Source: Gracilinanus agilis (lineage: Eukaryota). From it: DNA of 64,000 nt. How positions within the stretch are numbered: the stretch's first letter is position 1; the number at the start of each line of letters is the position of its first letter. Both the position numbers and the translations under genes were made by a program. The stretch lies in NCBI RefSeq assembly GCF_016433145.1, contig NC_058130.1, positions 356,216,062 through 356,280,061 of the forward strand, in the 5' to 3' direction. Positions 39,033-53,034 of the stretch are shown one piece after another. The notes beneath the pieces were generated by a model. The model was given only the letters and a program-made list of their open reading frames with translations. It was not told where the DNA came from and ran no database searches.

Positions 39033-40666
39033 CTACAAGAAGAGATTATTTTTGGAGAGGATGAGAAAGAAAAGATAAAATAAGGATAGGTTTCAAAGAG
39101 ATAGTGGTTCCCACAAATCTAAGTTGGAAAACTATTGGCTGTATAGGCATGGGAAATGATTTGTGTCACTGCAGAGAGAAAAAAAAATGTAGGACAAAAT
39201 CAAGAAGATGTGGCTGAAATATAAACTATTTAAAAGGGAACAGAATGAACAAGGCTAGAAAAGTATGGTGGAACTAGAAACTGAACCAATTTTTTCTTTT
39301 GATCAACAGTCCAAAGATAATGGCCAGTTCTCTGGTTTTTGTTTAGTCTGATCTTGTTGAGAGAAAAGACAAGAAACTGATGAAGTGGATAATGATGATA
39401 TCAGCAAACTCCTGCAGAAAGGTCTACTCTAGGAGCCTTCATTGAAGATTTTTTTCCCTCTTAAGCAAAAAATCAAAACTATTTATAATCAAAAGTTTTT
39501 CAATGAACTTGTCATGGAATTCCTAGTCACACTAAGGTCCATAGAGTTAAGAGCTGACTTTTGCCAAATCTAGCGATAAAGAAATTTTTCCTGTTGATTC
39601 TAACCCCTATGCTTTCTTTACCCATCTATCTCCTGCTTCCTTTAAATGCTTCCCTTCAGCAACAACTAAGTTCCCTTCTAGTGAAGTTTCTGAGATGAGG
39701 GATGGGATATCTCTCCCTCCTTCCTGACCAAATTACAATTTAGAAGAGATAAAGCAGGTGGCTTAGGGAGCTTAGGGAGCTCTTCTCTTCTCTTTCTTGC
39801 CCCTACTTCTATTGCAGAAGTGTAATGAACTTTGGATATATTCACACTTAACTATGGGATTGGGAATGAAGGGAAGTGGAATAAGGCACCATCCCAAAGA
39901 CTAGGGACATACTATACACATATCTTTCACTCTTACATACTTTAAAATTTCTGAACTTTAACTCTGAACTTGTAAAAAGTTAGAGAGTTCAATGGCTTAG
40001 TCTTGAATAAAATTTTAGTATAATCAATTTTGTGCACCACAAAGTTTTAGTTGTTTATATTGCCAACAGTCACTAAAAATGATTTGGCTTCAGCCACCTA
40101 TTTGTCAAGACTTAGAAAACAGATGCCTCTCAGGAGAGTCACACTGTAAAAACAGGTGAGCCACCATCATTGCTATTTTACCCTGAGTCCCAGAGCCAGA
40201 ACTCACAACTCCCCTTTCTTCTGCCCAAGGGAAGATCAGACAGCCACTATTGGCCTGCCCTGTTCCCTGGGCTAAAGGGATCCTCATCTCCCGGGCTTGT
40301 GAATTTAGATTAAAGTTGCAACTGCCACCTTAAATTCCCAGGGTGTAGTATATAGTCATAGAAATTGTCGCAATATGTTCATTTTGCACTACTCAAAAAT
40401 AACTTCTCATACAATGGAACTGCTAGAATATTTCAATGAATAAATGTGAATTTTTAACAAAGAACAGCAATCACAAATAAACTGAGGTACCTTCACACTA
40501 AGATAAAAGAGAAAGTCAATTTATTTTACCTGCTTTAATCCATAAGTCAGTAGAAAAACATGAGTTAGATTACCTAAATCCAAAATTAATTATTATGTAA
40601 AAAAAAACTAAGGTGGGCTAACATAAAAAAATATATACTTTAACAGGATTTAAGAGTACAATTTTT

Positions 40667-40863
40667 TCAAAACCCTGACCTGTCTTAGAATCTATACTGT
40701 GTATTGGGGTTCCAAGGCAGAAGAACGATAAAGGCTAGGCAATGGGGGTTAAATGACTTGCCCAGAGTCACACAGCCAGGAAGTATCTAAAGTCTGATTT
40801 GAACCCAGGACCTCCCATCTCTAGACCTGGCTCTCAGTCCACTGAGCCACCCAACTGCCCCAC
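40667..40863 (-). mobile_element. SINE (MAR1/SINE1_Mdo group)
   Basis: TSD TAAGAGTACAATTTTT at 40651-40666 and 40864-40879. Confidence 0.9.
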
Positions 40864-41364
40864 TAAGAGTACAATTTTTAACATGTTTCCAATTTTAGTT
40901 AATGAAAAGATCCCAAAATAACATCCAACCAGGAAATCAACAACAAACTGCCAAACAGACAGGTTGAATATGAATTATAAACTTGGTTGGCTTTATTTAA
41001 AGGATACAATGAACCATGCTAATTACAAAAAGTTGAGCAAAATTAAACTAGTCTAGACCAGGGACTAGCAATGTACAAAATTCAACAGGAAAACTAGGCC
41101 TTGATCTGTTATAATTCCAAACAATCTATGTCACCCCCCTGCCAAATTAATATACATATATAGTATGTATTTATATACACCTATGTATGACTATATAATG
41201 AATCATATCTTCATTTACAAACTCATACTTAAAAATAGCATGAAGTAGCTTCAGAATACATATGTAGTATACTGAGATAATGATATACTTAAAGCCTAAA
41301 TACATTTGGTATCATATCCTGCCTTGGGGCATGGTTACTCTGCTTTGAACCACTCATCCTAGAC

Positions 41365-41556
41365 CAGTGGTTCCCAAACTTTTTTGGCCTACCACCCCCT
41401 TTCAAGAAAAAATATTACATAGCCCCCTAGAAATTAATTTTTTTTACATTTTAATAGCAATTAATAGGAAAGATAAATGCACCTGTGGCCATCACCACTC
41501 CCTGGATCACTGCAGCACCCACCAGGGGACGGTAGCACCCACTTTTGGAATCACTA
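41365..41556. mobile_element. hAT (Charlie-type) MITE, 192 bp
   Basis: Ends CAGTGGTTCCCAAACT / ACTTTTGGAATCACTA; degenerate 8-bp TSD TCCTAGAC / CCCTAGAG; second copy at 61965-62134. Confidence 0.85.
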
Positions 41557-43916
41557 CCCTAGAGTATATTTACTTATCCTATAACTTGGACATAAAGGCA
41601 AATGGTACCCATTATTTTATAAATCATATAACAAAAGTTTCTTATCAAATGTACAACAAATAAATCAATTATATTCTATTTTATAAAGTATTAAAATAAG
41701 ATAAATGTTACGAGATTTCCTTGATCTTAACCATTTAACTTAGTAATCAATTTATAATGAGTTATGATTGTTACATTAATAGGACCATGATAGGATTATT
41801 AAGTGACAAGCAAGAAGTTAACTATAGAGACCTATGAGGGTCATGGTAGAATGAAATTCTAATACCTCTAGATACCTGACAGACCCATAAGAAGTATTAC
41901 CATAAAATCCAATTTAAAGTGTAGTTTTCATAATCAAAATGTCCTACTACTACTTACTTACAAAGTCAGCCTTGTTTTGCATCCCAATCTCATAAATCTT
42001 CATATTAATCATTCAAAAAACAAAATTTTAGAAACACATGTGAAAGTCATCAACTAGAAGTTGCTCAAGAAATTTGAAGAACAAAGTGGGAGAAAAGCAT
42101 TTGATCTTAAAATAAAAATGGTATTGATATTTTTCACCAACAATACAAAAGAAATAACTGAAAAAGATGCAAGGAAGTCACAATACAATTCCTAAAATGA
42201 AAAAAGGAAATGGAAGTCTGTTTCAAGAAATCAAGTCTAAACATTAGATTGTGATTTCCAGAAATAATTTTCAAAATGAGAGTGTCTGTAAACATCCCTC
42301 CTTCAATAAACAACATAAACAAACTCTACCAGAAGTAGACAATGCTTTCCTATCTAACCTGCCCACATTAATCCCCCCCCCCAGACACACACACTCTCTC
42401 CACTTCTAACTTTTCTCATATAGTATTACTACATTCAATACCTCCTATTCTAATGTTTAAACAAAAAAAAGGCATAGGGGAATGATGGTATTTTATGTTT
42501 TCAAAAAGCATACTTTAAGCTTAACTAATTCGTGTCACTAAATTACACAGGTCTGGGGTTAGGGCACACATCACTAAATAAAGAATTTTTTAAATCTAAT
42601 CTAAGAGATGATATTACCTACAAGTAGCAGAATTAAACCTCAAAGTGGTAAAGGGTACATATACTACGTTCAACAAGATTAGAAGCTATGAACAAAATGT
42701 GATTCAAAGATTTGATTCGGTATATTATCACATATTGATCCAATAAAATTTCAATTTTTTTTCACTGTCATATGAGAAAGTAAGAAAATTTGGTATTTGA
42801 CTGATATTCATTCAATGACAAAGTAGTTACTCTGGCAAATAAAAACAAGATTATTCACAAATTAGATTATACAATACAGTACAGTTGACGGGAAAATATT
42901 ATGGAACAGAATAGATTTAAAGATAATTACTTTAATGGGACATAAATAACTGTCACCACATTTTGTCTGATTTCTTACATTTCAATTCTGACATAAATGG
43001 CGGCCAAGAGAGGATATGAAAGTAATAAAAAAGAGCACTAGAGGATAAGTCTGAAGCTAGGTGGCAAATAGATGTGATGATATATAGACAAATATGCTGT
43101 TGTACTGTTGACATTATGCAGTTGTTTTTTACTGCATCTGAAGCACTACCAAACCATATATAATCAACAATTCTACATACTACTGAGGCTCAAAGCTACT
43201 TTCTCCAGGAAAAAAAAAAGAACTGACCTACATATAATAAAGGAAAGGGGTATGCTACCATCACTCAACCTTTGTTCTTAACTAGAAAATTTTAAAAGCT
43301 GAAACTGACTTCTCTGGAATTAGGGTCCCCAAGATAACATGAAATATTAATGACAACTGATAATACAATATCCCTCCAGGAAGAAGTTTTGGGATAACCA
43401 AATGAATAAGGTATCACTATTTATACTCAATGTATAAAGTCAATTTCAAATGACCCAAAATAATTTATAAAACTGATAGCCTCGAAACCATAGATATAAA
43501 TCTAGTACAACCCCTCCTCTCCTCCATTTTATTGATGAGAAATTGAAGCTTAGCATCAAGGAGCCTAGGTAATGGCAGAGCCAGAACTCTAGTCTCTTGA
43601 ATTCCAATGGTAGTCAGAAGCAGAATTCTAGTCTTTGGAATTCCAGCAAAGTGTCCTTTCAACTGAGGCATACTGGATCATTTAAAAAATAATGGCTCTA
43701 TAGAGTTTCTATACACCAAATATATTGAAGATTGATCAAAGGACCCATGAAACAAAACTGAAAAGCACTGACTTTAGAAAGAGTCTGGCACTGTGGAGAC
43801 AATAAAATATAAAAAATATGATCCCTGTTTGCTACATGCTTAGAATCTTGTTGAGAAAACATAAGCTGAAAAACAATCTAAAAAATATGGCCACTCTTTA
43901 TTAAAAAGCTAAACTC

Positions 43917-44113
43917 GGGGCAGCTGGGTAGCTCAATGGATTGAGAGCCTGGCCTAGAAACAGGAGGTCCTGGGTTCAAATGTTACCTCAGCCACTTCCT
44001 AGCTGTGTGACCCTGGGCAAGTTACTTAACCCCCATTGCCTAGCCATTACCACTCTTCTGCCTTGGAGCCAATACACAGTATTATTCTAAGATGGAAGGT
44101 AAGGGTTTAAAAA
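43917..44113 (+). mobile_element. SINE (MAR1/SINE1_Mdo group)
   Basis: Full head; TSD AAAAAGCTAAACT. Confidence 0.92.
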
Positions 44114-44559
44114 AAAAAGCTAAACTGTATAAACTAATTGATACACTGTGTGGTATAGATTATTGACACAAGAAAAGTCTCCATATGATAGAGTACTTCA
44201 TATGAAGGAGATGGCATTTAATATGCACCTTGAAAATTGGCTAATAGTTGAATCAATGAAGAGAAAGAAGTAGAGTATGCCAGGTAATGAATGTCATGCT
44301 CTTATCAGGTAACTTTCAATCAAGCAAATGTGTAAATGCATTGTTTGTTTAATTATTCTAAAAGTTGAGAAAACAAAAATTAAGCATCAATTGGCAGCAT
44401 CTGTTTAAAGTAAATAGAAATACCACCAGTTTGAAGTAGCAATATATATCATTTCTACTAAATATTTCAAAAACTAAAATTCATAGTTGAAAATTATGCC
44501 ATACAAAGATAATAAGATAGGTATAATCAGTTTTGGAAGGAATATAAAAAAGATAGACA

Positions 44560-45130
44560 TAATAGTGGATTGTTAGTGGAGTTGTGAATCACTATAACCA
44601 TTCTGGAAAGCAATTTCTAATTAAACAAATGAAGTGACCAAAATGTCTATACAATGTGATCCAGAATGTGACTACTGGACATATTCCCAAAGGAGGTGAT
44701 TCAAAATAAATAAGTCCCCAATTAAACCAAAATATTCAACAGCACTTTTCATAGTAATAAAGAATTGAAAACAAAGTATATTCTCACTAATTGAGGGATG
44801 GTTAAATAAATTGTGGTGTATAAATAAAATTGAATATTACTTTGCTATAACAAACAATGATAAACACAGAGAAATATGAAAAGATTGACATGATCTGATG
44901 AAGAATGAAGTAAGGAAACCAAAGAAAATGATATACAAAATTACTACAATAATGAAGCTGGAACAAACAATCATAAAACAATAAAAAGTCAATGCTACAA
45001 AATGGCAAAAAACAAGTATGGTCCCAAAAAAGAGATAAAAAAAACACTTCACTCTCCTCCACTCCTCTATACAAGTAGGAAGCCAATAGGTATGGAGCAA
45101 TACATATATTTTCATACTTTTTTATGTCCT
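44560..45130 (+). mobile_element. Older L1 3' fragment
   Basis: AACCATTCTGGAAAGCAATTT...GATGGTTAAATAAATTGTGG. Confidence 0.7.
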
Positions 45131-45178
45131 GACCAGTTTTGCAGATTTTTTTCCTTCCTCTTCCCTTAAAAAAAAATT

Positions 45179-45350
45179 GGGGGCAGCTGGGTAGCTCAGT
45201 GGATTGAGAGTCAGGCCCAGAGGGGAGGTCTTAGGTTCAAATCCGGCCTCAGACACTTTCCAGCTGTGTGACCCTGGACAAGTCCCTTGACCCCCATTGC
45301 CCACCCTTACCACTCTTCCACCAAGGAACCAATACACAGGGTTTAAAAAA
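45179..45350 (+). mobile_element. SINE1_Mdo-type SINE
   Basis: Head, core and A tail. Confidence 0.9.
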
Positions 45351-46974
45351 TATATATATTACTTGCTATATGGGAGAGGTCTTGAGGAGGGAAGAGGAGG
45401 AGAAATGCTAGTGATGTAAAAAAGCAAAGTTAATCAATGAAAATTTCTTTTTAAAAATAAAATAATGCTGAATTAAACTAAACAAGCATTAGGTGCCTAA
45501 GACAGAAATATAATTAAAAGGAACTCTTTATTTATTGCCTGGCCCAAAGTAAGCACTAAATGATAACTATTAGCTACTATTATTGATCCAAATGTCAGAA
45601 AAAAAAACAGTGAAAAAGTATGAATACATATGTGATAGTCAGAAATAAATTTCATATCTTCTTTTTAATAAAGGAAGGGGCCAGTACATAAGCAAGTTTA
45701 GATAAAAGGAAAAAGGAGAAACAGACTGGATAATACAAGCTGGATTCTGAAAACCCTGCTTGGGTAACTGAGAACCACTGCACAGTTTATTTCCTCCATT
45801 CTTGGGGAACTTGCTCTCAACTTCTCTGAGAAAATAGAATTCTACACATATTTAACTGTCATGGACCTGGGAGTCTGAGAAGTCAGGAACAAATCTTATT
45901 CCATTTACCATTTAAAGGGAAAAAAGCAGAAATAAGAAATTGGACAATATAAAATCTCAAAAAAGGAAAAAACTGCAATTGACCACAGCAAATTCCATGA
46001 TTTTCAAATTCTAGGTTCCCTCTTCTTGGACCATGCTGAGAGCCTCTAAGACACATACCTGAATGATGTGATCTATACTGACAACAACCCATTCCCACCT
46101 CTTTTCTCTAGCCCTTCTTCTACCAATCATCCTTTTCTCATTATTTAAAAACAGATGTTCTTGCATTTTGACAGAATACATCACAATATCATGATGAGTC
46201 TTGATATGGACTATGACAATCTGTGTATTACAAGTTGGGGATCAGCAGGAGAAATGTCCCTATCTCATAACTTGAAAGTAAAGATATCTACCAAATGGAA
46301 AGGGACTTATTTTACAGGGCAATGAACTTTGCTTCTCTAACAATTCAAATACAAAGTTTCAGTCCAAATATTAAATACACTGCACTATTTAAATAAACTT
46401 GAACTTCATTAAAACATCTTTCCAAACAAATTCTAAGATCCCAACAGCAATAAAAGTTATGTGACACCAAAACAAAAGTTGAGAAATTAAAATATAGAGT
46501 AGAGAGGAGAAAATTAGATAAGAACTTCAAAATGCTGGGGAAATTTTTCTTCAGAGAAAACAAAAAACGTGATCTCAAGTCTTCAAAACACAGTTGCCTA
46601 ACAAACTGAAGCTATCCATATAAGTGCATGGGACTTATATAGGGACTCCTGAAAAACTCTTAGCTGAATACTCCTGTTACAAATCAAACAACAAATATCT
46701 ATTAATCAATAATCACAGGCCAGATCTTGTGCTAAGACCTAAGAATACGAAGATAAAAGTAAAATAGCTCCTGCTTTAATTAGCTTACATTCTAATGTGG
46801 AATTCTGATATGTACGTCTATAGGCATACACATGACATCTAGAAACCAGATGAAAAGTATCATTTGGAGGGAAGGTACTCATAAGCACTTGGGACACTCA
46901 AAAGGGTCTCATGCAGAAAGAAAGCAAGCAGTGGATGATTGAGCTGAGTTCTAAAGGAAACTTGGGATTCTAAA

Positions 46975-48815
46975 GAGGAATCTATCTGCCAAGACAAACA
47001 CAGGAATTAAATGAACTCAACTACAAAACACTTTTCACACAATTAAAACTAGATCTAAATAATGGGAAAACATTAATTGCTCATGGGTAGGATGATCTGA
47101 TAATCATAAAAATGACAATCCTACCCAAATTAATCTACTTATTCAGTGCCATACCTATCAAACTACCAAAACACTTTTTTATAGAATTAACAAAAATTTA
47201 AAAAGTTCATCTGGAAAAACAAAATATCAAGAATATCAAGGGAAATAATGAAAAAAAAAGTGAAGGATGGGGGTCTGGCAGTACCAGATCTTAAACTTTA
47301 CTGTAAAGTGGTGATCATCAAAACAATACAGAACTGGCTAAGAGATAGAATGGTGGATCAGTGGGACAGAGTGGAGGTAAATGACCTCAGCAAGCTACTG
47401 TTCGATAAACCCAATGATCCCAACTTTTGGGACAAGAACTCACTATTTGACAAAAATTGCTGGGAAAACACGATGAGAAAAATCATGTCTAAATCAACAT
47501 CTTGCACCCTATACCAACATAAATTTCAAAATGGGTAAATGACAAATATAAAGAGTGAAATTATAAATAAATTAGGTGAACACAGAATAGTATGCCTATC
47601 AGATCTATGAGAAAGAAAGGAATTTAAGACCAAGCAAGAGATAGAGAACATTACAAAATGTAAAATGAATGACTATAATTATATCAAATTTAAAAGGCTT
47701 TGTACAAAAAACCCAGTACAACCAAAATTAGAAGGAAAGCAAAAAAACTGGGAAAACATTTTTATAACAAAATTCTCTGACAAAGGTTTAATTTCCCGAA
47801 TATATAAGAAACTAAGTCAAATTTACAAAAAATTAAGCCTTTCCCCAATTGACAAATGGTCAAGGGACATGAATAGGCAGTTTTTACATGAAGAAATCAA
47901 AGCTATCAATAAGCACATAAAAAAGTGTTCTAAACCCCTCCTGATCAGAGAAATGCAAACTAAAACAACTCTGTGGTATCACCTCACACCTAGCAGACTG
48001 GCCAATATAGCAACAAAGAAAAGTGATAAATGTTGGAGGGGATGTGGCAAAATTGAGACACTAATACACTGCTGGTGGAGTTGTGAATTGGTCCAACCAT
48101 TCTGGAAGGCAATTTGAAACTATGCACAAAGGGCTTTAAAAGACTGCTTGTCCTTTGATCCAGGCATACCACTCCTGGGTTTGTACCCCAAAGAGATAAT
48201 AAGAAAAAAGACTTATACAAAAATATTTATAGCCGCACTCTTTCTGGTGGCAAAAAAAAAAAAAAAAAAAGGAAAATGAGGGGGTATCTACTGTTTGGGG
48301 AATGGCTGAATAAATTGTGGTATCTGATAGTGATGGAATACTATTGTGCTAAAAGGAATAATGAACTGGAGGAATTCCATGTGAACTGGAAAGACCTTCA
48401 GGAATTGATGCAGAGTGAAAGGAGCAGAACCAGGAGAACATTATACACAAAGACTGATACACTGTGTCACAATCAAATGTAATGGACTTCTCTACTATCA
48501 GCAATGCAATGATCCAGGGCAATCCAGAGGAACTTATGAGAAAGAAAATTATCCACATCCAGAGAAAGAACTGTGGGAACAGAAATGCAGAAGAAAAATA
48601 TATAATCAATCATGTTTTAGATAGGGATATGATTAGGGTTTTGATGTTAAAAGATCACTTTACTGCAAATATGAATAACATGGAAATAGGTTTTGAACAA
48701 TGATACATGTATAACGCAGTGGAACTGCTTGTCGGCTCTGTGAGGGGGGAGGGAAGGCTGAAGGGGAATCATGAATCATAGAACCACGGAAAAATATTCT
48801 AAATAATTTTTTAAA
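46975..48815 (+). mobile_element. L1 5'-truncated copy (~1.8 kb): ORF2 C-terminus with stops, plus 3' UTR
   Basis: GGLAVPDLKLYCKVVIIKTIQNW; HLTPSRLA...CWRGCGKIETLIHCWWSCELVQPFWKAI (L1 ORF2 Cys-rich domain). Confidence 0.95.
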
Positions 48816-49309
48816 TAGAGGTAGTGGGAGAGCATGCTGGCATTGAAGACATCTAGCATAAATACATATTAACAGGAGACAGAGTATCATATGTGTAAGG
48901 AATAGTCAGTAGCTAGTGCGGTTGGAACCAGAGATCATTGAAAACAATAATATGTAATGAATCTAGAAAAGGAAGAAGAGACCAGGTTGTGAAGAGTTTT
49001 AATTGCCAAATGGAGGACGTTTTACTCAGTTCTACAAATAATAGGGGCTCATTGGTGTTGAAGAGGATGACAAGGTTATTTGTGTTTTAGAAAAATCACT
49101 TTGACAGCTGTGTGGAAAATAATCTACTAAATAAAAATTATTTATAAAATATTACTAATTTTCTACTTCTCATCCCTTGTAACTTTTATTTATCTTCTTT
49201 ATCCTCAATACCACTCATGTCAATCTCAAATAGAAACAGGGGTAACTAAGTCATACATAAGGGTCCCTGCAGATCACATATTGATTTAGTTTTTAAATGT
49301 AAAATTTAT

Positions 49310-49945
49310 CCGAATAAGAGCCATCCTCCAATTGATAAATGGCAAAAGATATGAACAGACATTTTTTGGATGAAGAAATCAAAGCTATATATAGGTATAT
49401 GAAAAAATGCTCTAAATCATTACTGATTAGAGAAATGCAAACCAAAACAATTCTGATATATCACCTCACACCCATCAGATTGGCTAAAGTGGAAAAATGA
49501 CAAATGTTGGAGGGGATGTGGGAAAATTTAGCAACTAATACACTATAGTTGGAACTGTGAACTGATTGAACCATTTTGGAGAGCAAGTTGGAATATCCCC
49601 GAGAGAGAGTTATACAACTGTGTGTGCCCTTACCCCAAGCTATACCATTGCTGGGTCTGTTTCTCAAAAGGGATCAGGGACAAAGTAAAGAACATTTATG
49701 TTTTACAATATTTATAGCAGCTCTCTTTGTGGTGGCAAAGAACTGGAAATTGAGGGGATACCCATCAATTAGGGAATGGCTCAACAAATTGTGGTATATG
49801 ACTGTGATGGAATACTACTATACCATAAAAAATGATGAGCAAGGTAATTTTTTTAAAAACTTTGAAAGAACTACACAGAACAATGAAAGAGTAAAACCAA
49901 GAGAGCATTATATCAGCTACAGATTTAATATTTAAAGAATAACTT
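49310..49945 (+). mobile_element. L1 ORF2 3' fragment
   Basis: CACCTCACACCCATCAGATTGGC...FTIFIAALFVVAKNWKLRGYPSIREWLNKLWY. Confidence 0.88.
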
Positions 49946-49974
49946 GTGGATCAGATAAGGAAAGGCATATTTTT

Positions 49975-50121
49975 TTTCAAACCCTTAACTTTCGATGTAT
50001 TGTCTCATAGGTGGAAGAGTGGTAAGGGTGGGCAACGGGGGTCAAGTGACTTGCCCGGGGTCACACAGCTGGGAAGTGGCTGAAGCCAGAACTTTTTTTT
50101 AATTTTTTTTTATTTTTTTTT
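49975..50121 (-). mobile_element. 5'-truncated SINE1_Mdo-type copy with an extra A-tract at its 5' end
   Basis: TSD GAAAGGCATATTTT at 49960-49973 and 50122-50135 encloses the SINE 3' half plus a T-rich tract at ~50092-50121. Confidence 0.8.
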
Positions 50122-50459
50122 GAAAGGCATATTTTATATATACATATCTGTCTCCCACATGATACGTTCTATGATGTGGAGAGGGAAGGGAGAAGTCAAG
50201 ACATTTTTAAATAAATTCTATTAGTTTTAAAAATATACTATATGTATTTTATTAACTACTTTTCAATTATATTTTAATGTAATGGCTCAAGTACTGTGGA
50301 AAATATGTTTTATATCTTTGTTCTGCACTTCACTACATCTCTACAATATAGAGATGCTATGGTATAGAAATAATACATCACATACATAAGAGCATATTCA
50401 CATTCAAAATTACATATCTAATGGTTTTTAAACTTAAAATGTTACTGCTTAATTATCAT

Positions 50460-51700
50460 CACTATCAGAGAATCACATAGAATCACAAATTTTTACAGAT
50501 GAAAGAAATCTCAATTGCCACAATGGTTACCCAGCCTTTGCTTGAAGAACTCAAGTAGAGGGAACCCACTATATTTATTCATCAACCCATTATTCTACTT
50601 TTGGATTGCATTATAAGACAGATTTCCATGCAGCAAGCCTAAATATTCTCTTTTTTAACTTTCCCACTCAATGCCTCTAGCTCTACCCTTGGGGACCAAA
50701 CAGATCAAGTCTAATCAACCCAAAGGATACTTGAAATACTGGAATATAGATAGATAACATATTCTCTTCTCACATCCCCTCTCTCTCCAAGTCTTCTGCT
50801 TTCCAGGCTAAACATTCCCAGTAAATCAACCAATCTTCATGTAAGTATGTACATGAAGGTATGTATGCTCCAGGCCATCAGGGTTGCCCTGTTCTAAAGT
50901 TCATCAATCACTTCCTAAAATCTGGCACTCATAATTGCACACAATACTTCAGATGTCACCTGTCTTGAGGAGAGAAGAGTGGGACTAGCCTATACCTCTC
51001 TCAATGTGACCCAAAAGCAAATTAATTTTTTTAAAAGGGAAGTAGAGGAGCAGATCATTATTGAATCATACTTAACTTTCATGGTCTTTTTCAGATGAAA
51101 TGTTATCTAGGCAAATATCCCTCACCTTGCACTTGTGAAACTGGTTTTTAAAAGATATTTATCCCTATAAATAACACCTTATTTGGTTTGGTCCCATATT
51201 CTTGCCAGTCAAAGATCTTTTCTGGTACCTGACTAGGTCATCCAATGTATTCGCTATCTCTCCAAGTTCTATATCATCTCTGAAAAGAAATCTCACTATG
51301 CCTTTATCCATGTCATTAATTTTTTAAAAAGCAAACAGCATAAAGCCACGCACAGATTCTGAAAGCATTCTACTGGAAACCTTTCAAGATTGAACAACTA
51401 ATGGTTACTTTTTTGTGTCCAGCCATTCAAACAGCTCCAAATCCATCTAACTCTTATACTATTGTCTAACCCACATATTCATCTTTCACATACACACATA
51501 TAAAGTAGCATAGATTTTATGGAACCCTCAGCTAAAATCTAGTTATGTGTAACATGTTCCTGATCTACTGGAATAATAACCCTGTCAAAAATATAAGGAT
51601 AGGCTGGCATGGCATTTTCTTTGATGAAGCCAAGGCAAATTCTTAAGTCTATGTTGCTTCATTTTTTCTTACATATTCACAAACCATCTCTGGAATCCTG
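50460..51700 (-). mobile_element. L3/CR1 LINE 3' fragment
   Basis: AGAATCACATAGAATCAC (reverse of the CR1 ATTCTATG terminal repeat); TTTCCAGGCTAAACATTCCCAGT. Confidence 0.7.
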
Positions 51701-53034
51701 ACATAGAGTCCACAATGCCGTATTTTTCCTAGTCATTATTCATTATTATCTGCCTTGGCTTCCATCTTCTGTACCAACCTTTTAAAAATCTAAGTTAGTT
51801 GTTGATTTCCCTGTGTAGATTCATAATAATTGTTAGACAAACTCTTATTCTTCTCTTCACTAAAATTGTTTCTTTTTGGCCTTCAGAATTTCATTCTTGA
51901 GAGTTTGCCATTCCTTCTTCAGCTGACTCACCCCCAAAGGGGTAAAATAAAAAATTCAACCTAGCCTTGCTCTGATTTCTTTAAAAGGCACTTTCCTCCA
52001 TATCTAGAGTATGTACCAAATGAACCCAGCTTTCCTTTATTCTGTTTACAACAAACACTAGAACACTTGCTTCCCTCCAAGGTTCCCATCTTTTTTACTA
52101 CAGTTAATTGGCTTGCTCAAGGTCATGCAGAAAATTATTAGACAGCACAGTGGAGCTATTTTTGTACTAACAACAGGCCATGAAAACAAAAGAACCTGCA
52201 TGTAATGCTCAATTTGGCTGTGCTAATAGAAAGATGATGAAGTTAACAAAAAGTGACAATAAGAGGTAGCAAGGAAGTAAAAATGGAAAAATTTAACAAA
52301 AACTTCACAGAACAGATACATAAATAGCAAATTCATTCTTACAGTTAACAGAAAGATATTGAATGTCATGAAAATGGTAAAATAAAAGGTGGCATCATCT
52401 AGTAACTAACTATATTGTCTAATAAAAGAGAGGCAAAAACAATTTTAAGAGGATCAAAATATGCAAACGAGACTGTTGTTCAAACAAGTACATATTGATA
52501 TATTATAACCCCAAAAGATAAGGATTTATCTTCAACTTGTACAAAATTAAATAACATTCAACTCTATCCAAAAAAATTTTCAGTACGTATTCTGTCAAAT
52601 AAAAGATATAAATTATATCATAGCTACAAAAGACTGAATAAAAATTAACTAATTAGATAGCTCAAATTTTTAATTTTATCCAAGAGCTTTAATCTCAATC
52701 CACAATGATTTTTGTGAAGACAAATTATACATACAATTATATATAAAACTTTACCAAACTGCCAGAGGGATCATAATAAAATATGCATATAAAGAACTCA
52801 ATAGTCAGTTGGCCTGATACAAATAATGATTTAACAAAGAAAACCAAAAAGGAATCTTCTGTCAGGTAGTAGGGGAACTAAGAGAGAGCAAAATCACAAA
52901 AACCTAGAAAAGGTAATATCCAAAAGTTAATCAATCATATCAAATACTGCAAAGCAGTCAAATAGGATGGAGAATGAATGGAAGGCCTTAAATTTATCGA
53001 TTAAGATCACTGATCCCCAATATAAATGGTTAAT

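Noticed and set aside
39509-40340. Possible old solo LTR starting TGTCATGG
   Set aside because: No matching CA end with TSD found; cannot be supported without a database
46174-46325. Plus-strand exon-like segment (IHHNIMMSLDMDYDNL...)
   Set aside because: Isolated, weak donor, no partner exons on the plus strand
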